Assembly: GCA_963514005.1 (NCBI GenBank)
Contig: OY740781.1
Span: 176,700,001 to 176,764,000 of the forward strand
Reading direction: 5' to 3'
Source of the DNA: Raja brachyura
Taxonomy: Eukaryota
Length of the DNA stretch: 64,000 bases
Shown: positions 1-12,476 of the stretch, in pieces
How the letters are laid out: each line of letters starts with the position of its first letter
Position numbering within the stretch: the first letter of the stretch is position 1
Made by a program: the position numbers and the translations under genes
The notes under the pieces: model-generated
Told to the model about the DNA's origin: nothing
Databases searched by the model: none
Seen by the model: the letters and a program-made list of their open reading frames with translations, nothing else

Positions 1-560
1 TCCACTCCTGACCTTACAATGGAAGTAAGGTCACTGATGAAGTAGCAAAAAATGGTAGAGTCCAGACACTGAGTAATTCCAACAGCCACATACTAGGACA
101 AGCATGACTGACCACAACTATCTTCCTTTATGTGGGGTATAATTTCAACCATTGAAGTGTTTTTCCACACTGATTCCAGTTTCCTCAGCGGTCCTTGATG
201 CCACACCTAATCAAGTGTTGCTTTAATATCAACGGCAGTCACTCTTATCTCTAAAATTCAGCTCTTTGGTCCACGTCTAGACCAAGACAGTAATGAGATT
301 TGGAACCAAGTGGCCCTGGCAAAACCCAAACAATGCATCAATGAGCTGTGGTGTCTGACAGCACTGAAAATGATATATTCAATCATTTTTGCTGATGATT
401 GAGAATAGGCTGGTTGAATGATAATTAGCTGGATTGGATTTGTCCTGCTTTGTGTGAACAACACATACTTTGGCAATTTTCCACATACTTGGGCATACTC
501 CATTTATGACCACTGGGCCAGCTTGGTTCTTGGCATGGTGAAAAATAAATAAGAGTTGGC
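1..560 (-). mobile_element. Highly degraded CR1/L2-like LINE RT relic
   Basis: ggaagtaaggtcactgatgaagtagc...tccagacactgagtaattcc resembles the reverse complement of a GVPQGSVLGP..FINDLPS RT segment. Similar relics occur at ~33.3 kb and ~47.3 kb. Confidence 0.5.
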
Positions 561-770
561 CATTTGGTCACTTGTGCTGAATGAGGTCTCCAAATTGTGT
601 TTGGCCGCACACTGACAGTGGAGCAGGCCCGGGACAAAACGGTCAGTTTTGGAATGGGAAGGGGAGTTAATTCATTGACCTGCTCCATAATAATACATTG
701 ACATCAACACTACATTTGTAAAGGTCCCAGAACCTGACTGCTGTTAGACAAAGTTCCCAGGTTTAATATA

Positions 771-1849
771 TTTAAAGCGAGGTTTTCCTCATCTCAGTCC
801 GAAAGGAATTTCCCCTTATCCTTAGACTGTGACCCCTTGTTCTGGACCTCCCCAACATCGGGAACAATCTTCCTGCATCAAGCCTATCCAATCCCTTAAG
901 GATTTTGTAAGTTTCTATAAGATCCCCCCTCAGTCTTCTAAATTCTAGCGAGTACAAGCCACGTCTATCCAGTCTTTCCTCATATGAAAGTCCTGACATC
1001 CCAGGAATCAGTCTGGTGAACCTTCTCTGTACCCCCTCTATGGCAAGAATGTCTTTCCTCAGATTTGGAGACCAAAACTGTACGCAATACTCCAGGTGTG
1101 GTCTCACCAAAACCCTGTACAACTGCAGTAGAACCTCCCTGCTCCTATACTCAAAATCCTTTCGCTATGAATGCTAACATACCATTTGCTTTCTTCACTG
1201 CCTGCTGCACCTGCATGCCTACTTTCAATGATTGGTGTACCATGACACCCAGGCTTTGTTGCATCTCCCCTTTTCCTAATTTGCCACTATTCAGATAATA
1301 GTCTACCCTCCTGTTTTTGCCACCAAAGTGGATAACCTCACATTTATCCACATTATACTGCATCTGCCATGCATTTGCCCACTCACCCAGCCTATCCAAG
1401 TCACCTTGCAGCCTCCTAGCATCCTCCTCACACCTAACACTACCCCCCAGCTTAGTGTCATCCGCAAACTTGGAGATGTTGCATTCAATTCCCTCGTCCA
1501 AATCATTAATATATATTGTAAATAGCTGGGGTCCCAGCACTGAGCCTTGCGGTACCCCACTAGTCACTGCCTGCCATTCTGAAAAGGACCCGTTTACTCC
1601 TACTCTTAGCTTCCTGTCTGCCAGCCAGTTCTCTATCCACATCAATACTGAACCCCCAATACCATGTGCTTTAAGTTTGTATACTAATCTCTTATGTGAG
1701 ACCTTGTCGAAAGCCTTCTGAAAGTCTAGATATAACACATCCACTGGTTCTCCCTTATCCACTCTACTAGTTACATCCTCGAAAAATTCTATAAGATTCG
1801 TCAGACATGATTTACCTTTCGTAAATCCATGCTGACTTTGTCCAATGAT
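771..1849 (-). mobile_element. CR1-clade LINE fragment, RT C-terminal half, frameshifted
   Basis: ORFs 1151..1978 and 772..1122 give QHGF..GKSCLTNL, YLDFQKAFDKV, GVPQGSVLGP, KFADD and VRPHLEYCVQFW. Frameshift near 1151; truncated at both ends. Confidence 0.92.
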
Positions 1850-2039
1850 CTTGCATGTGAAGACTGGACTGACTGACACTCCACTAGGATTGTTGGTCTT
1901 AACTTTGCTGTAAACAATTATATCATTACCAGCATCTTTTTCTTGTCCAAAGTCCATGAATGTTTTGCAGGTTTCCAAGTTAATCCCCGTCTTTCCTAGA
2001 ATTCCTCATTTGAATTTCATCAATCAGGTTTCTACATTG

Positions 2040-2120
2040 CGAAAGTGCTGGAGTAACTCAGCGGGTCAGGCAACATTTCTGGTGCACATGGATAGATGAC
2101 ATTTCGGATCAGAACCCTTC
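2040..2120 (-). mobile_element. Solo Penelope terminal-repeat (pLTR) fragment with 10-bp TSD
   Basis: gctggagtaactcagcgggtcaggc...cccttc matches the end of the Penelope at 42.2 kb. Flanked by ttctacattg at 2030-2039 and 2121-2130. Confidence 0.75.
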
Positions 2121-4423
2121 TTCTACATTGGACACTTTCCTGAAAATGCTTTGATTTAACAATCTAATGACACGCTAAATGATTACAATTTGACAGTTTC
2201 CTCCAGTGCCTCGACCTCTTCAACCATTTGAGTGGGATCACTCTCTCCTTCCATTCATATCCATACAGTTGCAACCGAAGACATGTTCCAGTTGCTTCCC
2301 TCCAGTACCTTTTTTTGTGACGACACACACCAGGAACACCAGCAATTCTAAATGGTTAAAAATGTGCTTGGTATACAGCAGCTAATAGTGCCGCAAGAAC
2401 TGTTATATGCGTACCCACACCTTTTCAGCTACAAATAAAAGCAATGCTCCGGTCCCCTTCTATTTTCATTGTCAGCCATGAGCTATACTTGGAGCCCCTC
2501 CTATTCTCACCTTCATGCTGCCCCTTAGCAACCTCATCCTGGAAATGTAATGCCAGTTTCAGTTTCCACACATAGAATACAAATTTCTACCATTCAAACC
2601 CTTCTATGGCGTCCACACAACCTATAAAAGTCCGTCTAGGCACGCAACGCACACTGTACTATGAGCAGACATTTTCTTGAACTAAATATTGGGAAGACTG
2701 AAGCAACCAACTTCAGTGCCTGGTGCTATCTTTATTTCCTAGTAACTGATATTAAAACAACAACAGCACTAAATACTGCAGTTCTATAGAATGGCTAGGT
2801 ACCTTTGTGATCTCTTGGCACAAGCATAACAATTAATACATTAAAAGCAGTAACCTTTCACTAAGTTATCATCTCTATTAAAAATTAATATTTTTCTATT
2901 GTTAATAGTTTGCCACCAAAGGTATAAACAGTTTCTAGGACAGAGTTTCTAGGTTTATTCTAAACTTTTATCTACCTCTTTTACTTGAAATCCAACCTAT
3001 TTAAAGACCTCTCAATTCTGTTCCATTCATTTAGAACAAACGAACAACCATTTTTAATCTCCAGAACAAAGACTGCAACACTGAATGTATCAGTATGGAC
3101 TTTATGTATTATAAAGCATAATAGAAAATATGCGTATATGTATTGTTACAATTTCTGGCTTAAAGTGGTCAAAAATGTTTCCAATATAAGAAAACCTAGG
3201 GATTTACAAAAGCCTCTGTGTGTGGAAAATTTGCATTTTGAACCTGTCGGTGCCCTTTTGATCTGCTCAACAATAAAGCATCAATACATACTGTGAAGCC
3301 TCTCAAGAGGGTTTGTTAGTGCTAAAAACAAAATGCATGAAGCAAAATATTTTTGCAAATTTGCCTTCTTCAGAGCACTGATCAGATAGTTGGTCAGAAG
3401 GTTAAACAGTATCAGTGCCTGCTGCTTCATTACATGCAACAGCCTTTCACTCATTATGCCACGTTTTTATAAAGTAAAGAGTTCCAGTGTTACAGATCAT
3501 TGGTTGGGTGCCGAAGTAACTGCATCTTTATCTAGTGCCACTGACTGGCCTCCCTATACTCCATATGCATTTCTTTACAATCAGAAATGTCATTTCTCAT
3601 CAGCAAATGAGTTCATCAATTTAATGAGCGTTCACACAAATCTGGCTTTTAATGAGAGCACGTACCACTGTGGCATGGGCTCTGCCCCAGTGCTGCCAAA
3701 ATGCAGTTGATGAAACCATGACATAAATTTGAGAATACATTTCTCTTTGTGTGTCTCCTTCATCCAATTAATTCACCATAAAATGCTCTAACACCCATGT
3801 TATTTTTGTACAATGGTTTAGAAACAGGAATAGAGCAGTGTTCTTACCTAACAACGTCAACAAATTACCTGTGAAGCAAAATAGTATCAACTAAATAAAT
3901 ATAAAATCTAATTTAAGATTCATTTGATTGGCTTATGTTAAAATTTGCCACAAATAAATATGAATGACAAAAATCATATATCTTAAAGGACTGCATTTCC
4001 CTAAATTTTAAATCAGAAGTTGTTTGATTTTCCAGATAGTTTAGCAAGGACTATAGTACTGCCCAAAGCAACACAAACTGTTACCTATATATAAAATGAA
4101 TTTTATTCTACGACCAGAATCATTTGTATGAATATTTGAATTCGTTTTGCTGATTAAAAATGTAATCAACATTTTATGGTGCCATTTCTGCATTTAATGT
4201 TTACTGCAACATATTAGCGATTAAAGCACTGGAGCTGCTACTTTTTAAATGATTTGTTTCACCTTTACATGTATTTTGGAACTGTATTTGGGTTTGAAGT
4301 TTGGTACAAATTTTAGGTCACAGCAAAGTTCCTCAGCTTCCATTGAAATAAAGTCATTCATGAAGACCAGTGAGGAGCACAATGGTTACACAGTCTATAT
4401 TATTACCAACTAGAGGAAAAAAC

Positions 4424-4716
4424 AGTGGCGGCACAGTGGAGCGGTCGTTGAGTTGCTGCCTTACAGCACCAGAGACCCGGGTTCGATCACGTCAACGGGT
4501 GCTGTCTGTACGGAACTTGTACGTTCTCCCCGTGACTGCGTGGTTTTTTCCGAGATTTACAGTTTCCTCCCACACTCCAAAGACATACAGGTTGGTAGGT
4601 TAATTGGCTTGGTATAAATGTAAATTGTCCCTAGTGTGTGTAGGATAGTGTTAATGTGTGGGGATTTCCGGTCGCTGTGGACTCAGTGGGCCGAAGGGCC
4701 TGTATCTCTAAACTAA
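4424..4716 (+). mobile_element. tRNA-derived SINE (HE1/V-SINE-like)
   Basis: A-box-like ggcacagtgg, B-box ggttcgatc, core gtttcctcccacactccaaagac, CR1-type tail gggccgaagggcctgt followed by ctaaactaa. Confidence 0.85.
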
Positions 4717-5619
4717 CCCAAATATTTTAGCTGAAAATATCAGTAAACTACAAAATGTTATATGAAATAAACAACCCACTGTGACAAAATTAACAAAGTA
4801 ATTTACATATAAATATACATAATATACTTGAATAGTATATTTATACATAACTGAAGAGTATTGAATGGAAATTTAAAAAAAGGTTGAGTTGTAAAGGGCT
4901 CTAGCAGTAATATTTTAGTTTTACTAAATTATTTTAGTTTCAAAACTAGTTGAGTTATTTTCTCCTTCCTTCCACTGAGAATCTTCTTCCGTTCTTGGCC
5001 ATTCCACATTTGTAAGCTTGAACATGTGCCAATAGGCACTGTGCAATGAAGGATGACTAAGGCATACCTTTTCTGATATCTTCAAGCACAGTCCAATTTC
5101 TAAGCGTTCAAGGGGTTTCGATCAGCATTGAGAACCATGGATTATTTATTCTTTTAGATGGACCAAAAGCTGTTCCAAATGTGATCATACGGCTCAATAT
5201 GAATGGTGAACAGATGCCACTTAGACTTGTCCAAGTCCAGGTGCCTTTATTCATTGGACTAGTATGATGGGGCAAAAGGAACAAGGAGGACAATTGAAAC
5301 TGAACAGAAAATACAACCCAAGAAATTATGGCTACATTACTTAGAAACGTATGGTTTACAGAGAACTTGCAAAAGAAACAATAGTTGACTTGCAAATATC
5401 AAGTCCAAAGCATCAAAGAATATTAAAAGTTCTTTTCACCCATAGAACATTTCCCCTCTTTCTTTGGAAGTTATGATGTTATTCACAACAGGTCAAGATA
5501 CTAATGATTTCCAATTGGCATTAAAATAAGGTTGAACATAAGGCTCAAAAGTATAAAGAAAATCAAATACTTCTTTCATTGTGAAAGATGTGTCAGTTCA
5601 TTATGATGTACTTTATATA

Positions 5620-7000
5620 CTGTGCCCTCCATAATGTTTGGGACTAAAACCCATCATTTATTTATTTACCTCTGTGCTCCACAATTTGAGATTTTTTTAA
5701 TAGAAAAAAAATCACATGTGGTTAGAGTGCACATTGTCAGATTTTAATAAAGGCAATTTTTATACATTTTAGGATCACCATGGCAAAATGAGAGCAGTGT
5801 TGAAACATAGTCCCCCCATTTCAGGGCACCATAATGTTTGGGACAATGTCATGTGAATGAAAGTAGTCTTGTTTAGTATTTTGTTGCATATCCTTTACTG
5901 TTTGAAGTCTGCAAATCATGGACATCACCAGTTGCGGGGTGTTTTCTCTGGTTATGAACTTGAACAGATAGGATGTGTCTATGCACTTCAGAATTTATTT
6001 TGCTACCACCATCAGCAGTTGTATCATCAATGAAGGTAAGTGAGCCAGTGCCTTCAGTAGCCATACATGCCAAGGCCATAACACCCGCAACACCGTGTTT
6101 CACAGTTGAGGTGGTATGCTTTGGATCTTGGGCAGTTCCTTCTCTCCTCCATACTTTGCTCTTGCAAAGTAAGTTAATCTTCGTCTCATCTGTCCACAAT
6201 ACCTTTTTCCAGAAATGTGTTTGCTCTTTTAAGTACTTCTTTGCAAACTGTAACCTGGCCATCCTATTTTTGCGGCTAACCAGTGGTTTCCATCTTGCAG
6301 TGTAGCCTCTGTATTTCTGTACATTAAGTATTCTGCGGTCAGTCGTCATTGACAAATCCACAACTGACTCCTGAGGGGTGTTTCTGATCTGTCGGACAGG
6401 TGTTTGGGGATTTTTCTGTATTATAGAGAATTATTTTGTCATCAGCTGTGGAGGTCTTCCTTGGCCTGCCAGTCCCTTTGCGATTAGTAAGCTCACCAGT
6501 GCTCTCTTTCTTCTTAATTATGTTCCAAACAGTTGATTTTGGTACGCCTATGGTTTGGCTGATGTCTCTAACAGTTTTATTCTTGTTTCTCAGTCTCATA
6601 ATGGCTTCTTTGACTTCCATTTGCACAACTTTGTTCCTCATGTTGATAAACAGCAATCAAAGTTTCCAAAGGTGATGGAAAGACTGGAGGAAAGACTAGG
6701 TGTTGAGAGCTCTTTTACACCTGCATTAAGGAGGTATTTAAACATACCTGAGCAATTACTGTCATCTGTGAAGCCATGTGTCCCAAACATTATGGTGTCC
6801 TAAAATGGGGGGACGATGTAGAAACACAGCTGTAATTTCTACATGGTGAAACCAAAATATATAAAAATACTCTTTAATAAAATCTGACAATGTGCACTTT
6901 AACCACACGTGATGTTTTCTATTGCAAATCTCAAATTGTGGAGCATAGAGGCAAATAAAGAAATGATGGGTCTTTGTCCAAAACATTATGGAGGACACTG
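5620..7000 (-). mobile_element. Tc1/mariner DNA transposon, IR/DR type, internally deleted
   Basis: ~225-bp terminal inverted repeats (ctgtgccctccataatgtttggga / tccaaaacattatggaggacactg) with inner direct repeats at ~5824-5846 and ~6780-6800. TA on the left flank; the right flank reads TG. Confidence 0.92.
5873..6641 (-). pseudogene. Tc1-family transposase pseudogene
   Basis: ORFs 6339..6656 (paired-like HTH, GRPRKT) and 5873..6361 (RLQFAK, WKKVLWTDETK, TVKHG) are frameshifted, and the rest of the DDE domain is missing. Confidence 0.88.
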
Positions 7001-7228
7001 TGGGCAAATACGTTAAATGCGGACAGGGGAAATTATACAAAGTTCATACAAAAAAAGGGATACTGCCAACAAGAAATATGAAGTTTACTTCATCATAAAC
7101 AGATTTTACCACAATGTCAAAAGCAACAAGCAATGTTGGCAAATTTAATCCTTTTAAGTTAAACTTTCCAGTGCCATAACAGTGTCATTTGTGTTTCAAC
7201 TCGAATGAACAGCCACCGTTGTACACTT

Positions 7229-7415
7229 GTGGAAACAAGGAACGGCAGATGTTGGTTTACACAAAAGGATACAAAGTGCTGAAGTAACTCAGCTGGTCAG
7301 GCAGCATCTCTGGAGAACATGGTTAGTGATGTTTCAGGCCAGGACTCTTCTGACCTATCCAGTTGTCCAGAGATGCTGCCTGACCCACTGAGTTACTTCA
7401 GCACTTTGTGTCCTT
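7229..7415. mobile_element. Fold-back Penelope pLTR element
   Basis: Inverted arms aaggatacaaagtgctgaagtaactcag... / ...ctgagttacttcagcactttgtgtcctt. Weak possible TSD gttgtac (7218-7224, 7419-7425). Confidence 0.8.
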
Positions 7416-7730
7416 ACAGTTGTACTCTTAAATTGTAACAGTGTGAAAGGAGAATTCGAGTTATAATGCTCGTGCAGCACCTCAAGACATTTGCTGTTAA
7501 AAGTACTACACAAAAGTTAGGTACATAAAATACTTCTTTGTTCAAGTTTCTCTTAAACATGTAGAGCATAGATGAGTATGTGCCTGAAAAGAGATAGTAT
7601 GAATTTAAAAAGAGGAATAAACCTTTTTTTGTTTGGGGAAAAATGTACTGGCATTGAAGATAAGATTGCCTCCAGATGTTATCGACATGGGCTTCCAAAG
7701 GCTATTTAATCAAGTTTGCAAAAGTGAATG

Positions 7731-7939
7731 TTAGCAAGCATGAAAGGCCATGGAATTGAAGGTAACTTGGCCACATAATAATTGTTTGGGAGAAAGGACA
7801 GAGAATGAGGACAAGGGAAGATTTTATGATTGGCGGAATATGACAAGTGTAGAACCTCAGGGAACTGTATTGATGCCTTCACTTTTCATCCTCTGCAGTA
7901 ATGAGACAGGTAAAATCTCAGTTCTTTCATACAAGCTTC
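7731..7939 (+). repeat. Old CR1 RT relic, copy 1 of a ~200-bp local direct duplication
   Basis: Colinear with 11959-12163. Encodes a decayed TSxEPQGTVL (GVPQGSVL-like) motif. Confidence 0.8.
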
Positions 7940-8457
7940 CAGTTACAATGTCGAAACAAAGAGCCACAGATGCTGGTTAATACACAAAAGACACATCGTG
8001 CTGGAGTAACTCAGCAGGTCCAGCAGCATACAGGGAGAACATGGATAGGTGATGTTTTGGGTTGTGAGGGGGAGAGGAAAGCTGGAAAAAGGAGGAGCCA
8101 GGACAAAGTGTGGCAGGTAATAGGGCGACACAGGCAAGGGAGATTTTTGGACATACAGATGGTTGCAACTAAGGCCAGAGAAAAGATCAATGGGTGTAAA
8201 AAAAGTTAGAAGAGTTGCAGATTGTGAAACTTCGGATGGAAAGGTGGGGGAGTGGTGTGGGAGGAAAAACAGGGAGGAGTCCAGGTAGGGATCTGGTGAG
8301 GGAAGGTGGGAGAGGAGGGGGGAGAAATAGAGGAGGTGGCTGTGGGGCAGTAAATAGAGGGGGTGGTGTTACTTAGAGGTTGTGTGAAATTGGAGAATTC
8401 AACGTTCATATCGTTGTAAGCTACCCAAGCAGAGGTGTTGTATCATCTGCTACCCAA

Positions 8458-10306
8458 GCAGATGATACAGTGGTCTACACGAAGTCCAGATACGACCTTG
8501 GTAAGGCCATCAAACAGGCCAAAAGGGAGTTCTGCTCCAAGCTGGAGGATGAGACAGATGTTCGGCAGCTGTGGCGGGGACATGAATGCAATCACCTCCT
8601 ACAAGGCGAAACCAGGAGGCAGCTCGGATGTCGGCGATACATCACTCCCTGATCAGCTCAATGCGTTTTACGCACGCTTTGATAGGGAGAACACCGTGTG
8701 CCTTCCCAAGCCCCCATTCGCTGTGATGGTATTTCAGTCTCAGTCACAGAGGCCGACGTCAGGAAATCTTTCAGAGGGGTGAACCCTCGAAAAGCGTCTG
8801 GACCTGATGGTATACCTGGTCGTGTTCTAAAAACCTGTGCGGACCAACTGGCTGGAGTTTTTACGGACATTTTCAACCTGTCACTTCTGAGGTCTGAGGT
8901 GCCCACCTGCTTCAAAAGGGCATCAATAATACCGGTGCCCAAGAAGAGCAAGGTGACATGCCTCAATGACTATCAACCAGTGGCACTAATGCATGTGGTG
9001 ATGAAGTGCTTTGAGAGGTTGATCATGGCGAAAATCAACTCCTACCTCGACAAAAACCTGGACCCACTGCAGTTCGCTTACCGCCACAACAGATCAACGG
9101 TGGATGCGATCTCGCTGGCCCTCCACTCCGTTCTGGACCACTTGGACACCAAAAACTCATATGTCAGGCTGTTATTCATCGACTACAGCTCGGCATTTAA
9201 CACAATCATCCCCTCCAAGCTGGTTACCAAACTCGCAGAACTGGGTCTCTGCGCATCCCTCTGCAATTGGATCCTCGACTTCCTCATTCACAGACCACAG
9301 TCTGTTCGTATTGGTGGAAATGTTGCAGACTCAATAACAATCAGCATGGGAGCACCTCAAGGCTGCGTGCTCAGTCCCCTGCTGTACTCACTCTATACTC
9401 ATGACTGCGTAGCCGGTCATAGTGCAAACTCCATCATCAAGTTCACTGACGACACCACTGTTGTGGGACGTATCACTGATGGGGATGAGTCAGAGTATAG
9501 AATAGAGATCGAGCGACTGTCCATATGGTGCCAGCGCAATAACCTGGTCCTCAACACCAGCAAAACAAAGGAACTGATTGTGGACTTTGGAAGGAGTAGG
9601 ATGGGGACCCACAGTCCTGTTTATATCAACGGGTCGATGGTTGAAAGGGTCAAGAGCTTCAAATTCCTGGGCGTGCACATCTGTGAAGATCTTTCCTGGT
9701 CGGAGAACACAGATGCAATTATTAAGAAAGCTCATCAGCGCCTCTACTTCCTGAGATTACGGAGAGTCGGTCTGTCAAGGAGGACGCTCTCTAACTTCTA
9801 CAGGTGCACAGTAGAGAGCTTGCTGACTGGTTGCATCGTGGCTTGGTTTGGCAACTTGAGCGCCCTGGAGAGGAAAAGACTACAAAAAGTAGTAAACACT
9901 GCCCAGTTCATCATCGGCTCTGACCTTCCTTCCATCGAGGGGATCTATCACTGTCGCTGCCTCAAAAAGGCTGGTAGCATCATCAAGGACCCACACCACC
10001 ATGGCCACACACTCATCTCCCTGCTACCTTCGGGTAGAAGGTACAGGAGCCTGAGGACTGCAGTGACCCGGTTCAGGAATAGCTACTTCCCCACAGCCAT
10101 CAGGCTATTAAACTTGGCTCGGACAAAACTCTGAACATTAATACCCCTCCATCTGTTATTTGCACTTTATCAATTTATTCATTCATGTGTGTATTTACGT
10201 ATATAATTGTAGTCAATGCCTACTATGTTCTGTTGTGCCATGCAAAGAAAGAATTTCATTGTCCTGTCAGGGACACATGACAATAAAGTCTTTTGACTTT
10301 GACTTT
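8458..10306 (+). mobile_element. Rex1/Babar-clade LINE, 5'-truncated, relatively young
   Basis: Motifs [65 protein letters not shown] and LPSGRRYRS. 3' tail gacaataaa plus (ttgact)n. Confidence 0.92.
8698..10134 (+). pseudogene. Rex1/Babar reverse transcriptase ORF (5'-truncated, frameshift near 8700)
   Basis: 478-codon open frame covering the RT domain, with FTDD in place of FADD. The upstream part continues in another frame (8435..8782); no endonuclease domain is present. Confidence 0.88.
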
Positions 10307-11336
10307 GTTCCTCCAGTGTGCGTGTGGCGGCCTCACTCTGGCAATGGAGGGAGGTCCAGGAAAGAAAGGTCAGTGTAGAAATTGAAAAGGGAGTTAAAAT
10401 GGTAAGCAACTGGGAGATCCAGTAACCCTTGGCGAAACAGCGAAACAGTCGCCAAGTCTATGCTAGTCTCGCCTATGTACAGGAGACCACATTGGGAACA
10501 CAAGATACAGTACATGAGGTTAGAGGAGGTGTGCGTCAACCTCTGTCTCACCTGGAAAACCTGCTCGGCTGCCCTCAAATTCACCTAGACTATTTCTGAC
10601 ACCTCTCTCCTTTTTTGATCTCTCATCACAGGGGGCAGAGTATCAACTGACGTCTCGACTCCCACTGTTATCTGGACTATACTTCCTCCTGCCCTGCAAC
10701 AAAAGAGTTCCCCTGGTCCTCACCTTAAACCCCACCAACCTCGGCATCCAACACATCACACTTCAACATTTCCGTCGCCTCCAATGCGATCCCACCACCA
10801 GTCACATCTTTCCATCTCCACCCCTTTCCGCCTTCCACAGAGGCCACTCCCTCCGCAACCCCTTGGTTCACTCATCCCTCCCCACCCAAACCACCCGTTC
10901 CCTGGGTGTTTTACCCTGCAGCCATAGGAGATATAACACATGTCCCTAGACCTCCTCCCTCGCCTTCATCCACGCATCCCAGCTGTTGTTCCAGGTGAGA
11001 CAATGGGTTACGTGCACTTCTTCTAACCGCATCTGCTGTATCCGGTGTTCCTGGTGTAGCTTCCGGTACATCGGCGTGACCAAGTGTAGATTCAGAGGCC
11101 GATTCGCTAAACACTCGCGCTCGGTCTGCCAACACCTGCTGAGTCTCCCAGCTGCTAATCATTTTACTTCTCCTTCCCATTCCCACATTGACCTTTCTGT
11201 CCTGGGTTTCTCCATTGCTAGAGTGAGACCACACATAACCTGGAGGAACAGCGCCTCTTATTCCGCTTGGATAACTTACAACCCATCAGTATGAATGTTG
11301 AATTCTCCAATTTCAGGTAACCTCAAATTAACCACG

Positions 11337-11368
<32 letters not shown>

Positions 11369-11958
11369 CCCCCAAACCACCCATTCCCTTTTCCTTCCCT
11401 CCTGTGGGCCCCACCTCAACCGTCTATTTCTCCCCCCTGCTGCTTTTGTCCCACTAGCTTCACAATCCACAACTCTTCAAACCTGCCTCACATCTATTAT
11501 TCTTATCTCTGCCTGTCCAAAAATCCCCCTTGTCTGTGTCGACCTATTAGCTGCTATGGTCTTTCCTGTCTTTCCCTTTTCCTAGCTTCCTTCTCCCCCC
11601 ATCCGCCCCACAATCAGTCTGAAGAAGGCTCTCGACCCAAAATGTCACCTATCCATGTTCTCCAGGGATGCTGCCCGACCTGCTGAGCTACTCCACCACT
11701 TTGTGTCCTTTTAATCTTGCAGTTATTATGGCCCAGACAAAGTAACACAGACTACGCAGGCACAATCAGGAAAGCAGGTGGAATTCCAATGAGAGGAAAC
11801 GTGGGATGGTCTACATGGATGGCAGAAAACAGAGTAAGATGATTCCTTAATGTCACAAGAATTTACAGGAACAAAGACATTTAGGAATCCATATTCACAT
11901 CTTTGAAAGTTAACATATTGATTTTTTAGAATTCAATGGGCCAATAAATTTGGAAAAC

Positions 11959-12163
11959 TTAGCAAGAATGAAAGCCATGAAATTGGAAGCAACGTTATCA
12001 CATAATAATTGTTTGGAAGAAGGGGCAGAATGTGGATAAGGGAAGATTTTCTGATTAGCAGAATATGACAAGTGTGGAACTTCAGGGAACTGTATTGATG
12101 CCTCCACTTTTCATCTTGGGTAGCAATGAGACAGGTAAAAACTCATTTCTTTCATACAAGCTT
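11959..12163 (+). repeat. Copy 2 of the ~200-bp local duplication
   Basis: Shares e.g. cacataataattgtttgg, cagggaactgtattgatgcct, aatgagacaggtaaaa and tctttcatacaagcttc with 7731-7939. Confidence 0.8.
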
Positions 12164-12476
12164 CAGAGGACATGTAGCCCCTCAGGTCCACTTCAGCCCC
12201 CAAGAAGCTCACAGCTAATTTAATCATTGTCTGTTCTGATCATTGGTATCAACTCTAATTTCAGTCTGTACAACATAACCCACAATTGCCATTTAGTCCA
12301 AAAAACAATCTCAGTTTGAACACTTCTCAATCCATGATCCTGCAAGGATTCACAACTATCAGAGAAAAAAAAAGCATTTGTCTTAAATCTGTCTTTATTC
12401 TATCCCCACTATTCCAGATTTACTCAACATCCTAAATTCCAAGCTCTAACAATTCTCACAACGTAGAGCTAGTCAA

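Larger units (their letters stand above)
7951..11712. mobile_element. Composite inverted Penelope insertion (left arm -, right arm +), interrupted by a Rex1/Babar LINE
   Basis: pLTR sequence at both outer ends. GIY-YIG-like relics on - (10333..10584, SSNLMYCILCSQCGLLYIGET) and + (10986..11294). Junction at ~10570. Degenerate TSD cttccagttacaatg / cttgcagttattatg (7936, 11716). Confidence 0.8.

Noticed and set aside
4424-4500. tRNA gene
   Set aside because: The A/B boxes are the head of a SINE that continues into core and LINE-derived tail.
5108-5395. 95-aa minus ORF near a possible splice donor (catacct, ~5063-5069) as an LRBA exon
   Set aside because: The translation shows no similarity to LRBA sequence I can recognise; splice-like words alone are insufficient.
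7731-12163. LTR retrotransposon (direct repeats around an RT)
   Set aside because: The RT is non-LTR Rex1 type, the repeats are CR1 relics without TG..CA ends, and there is no gag or integrase.
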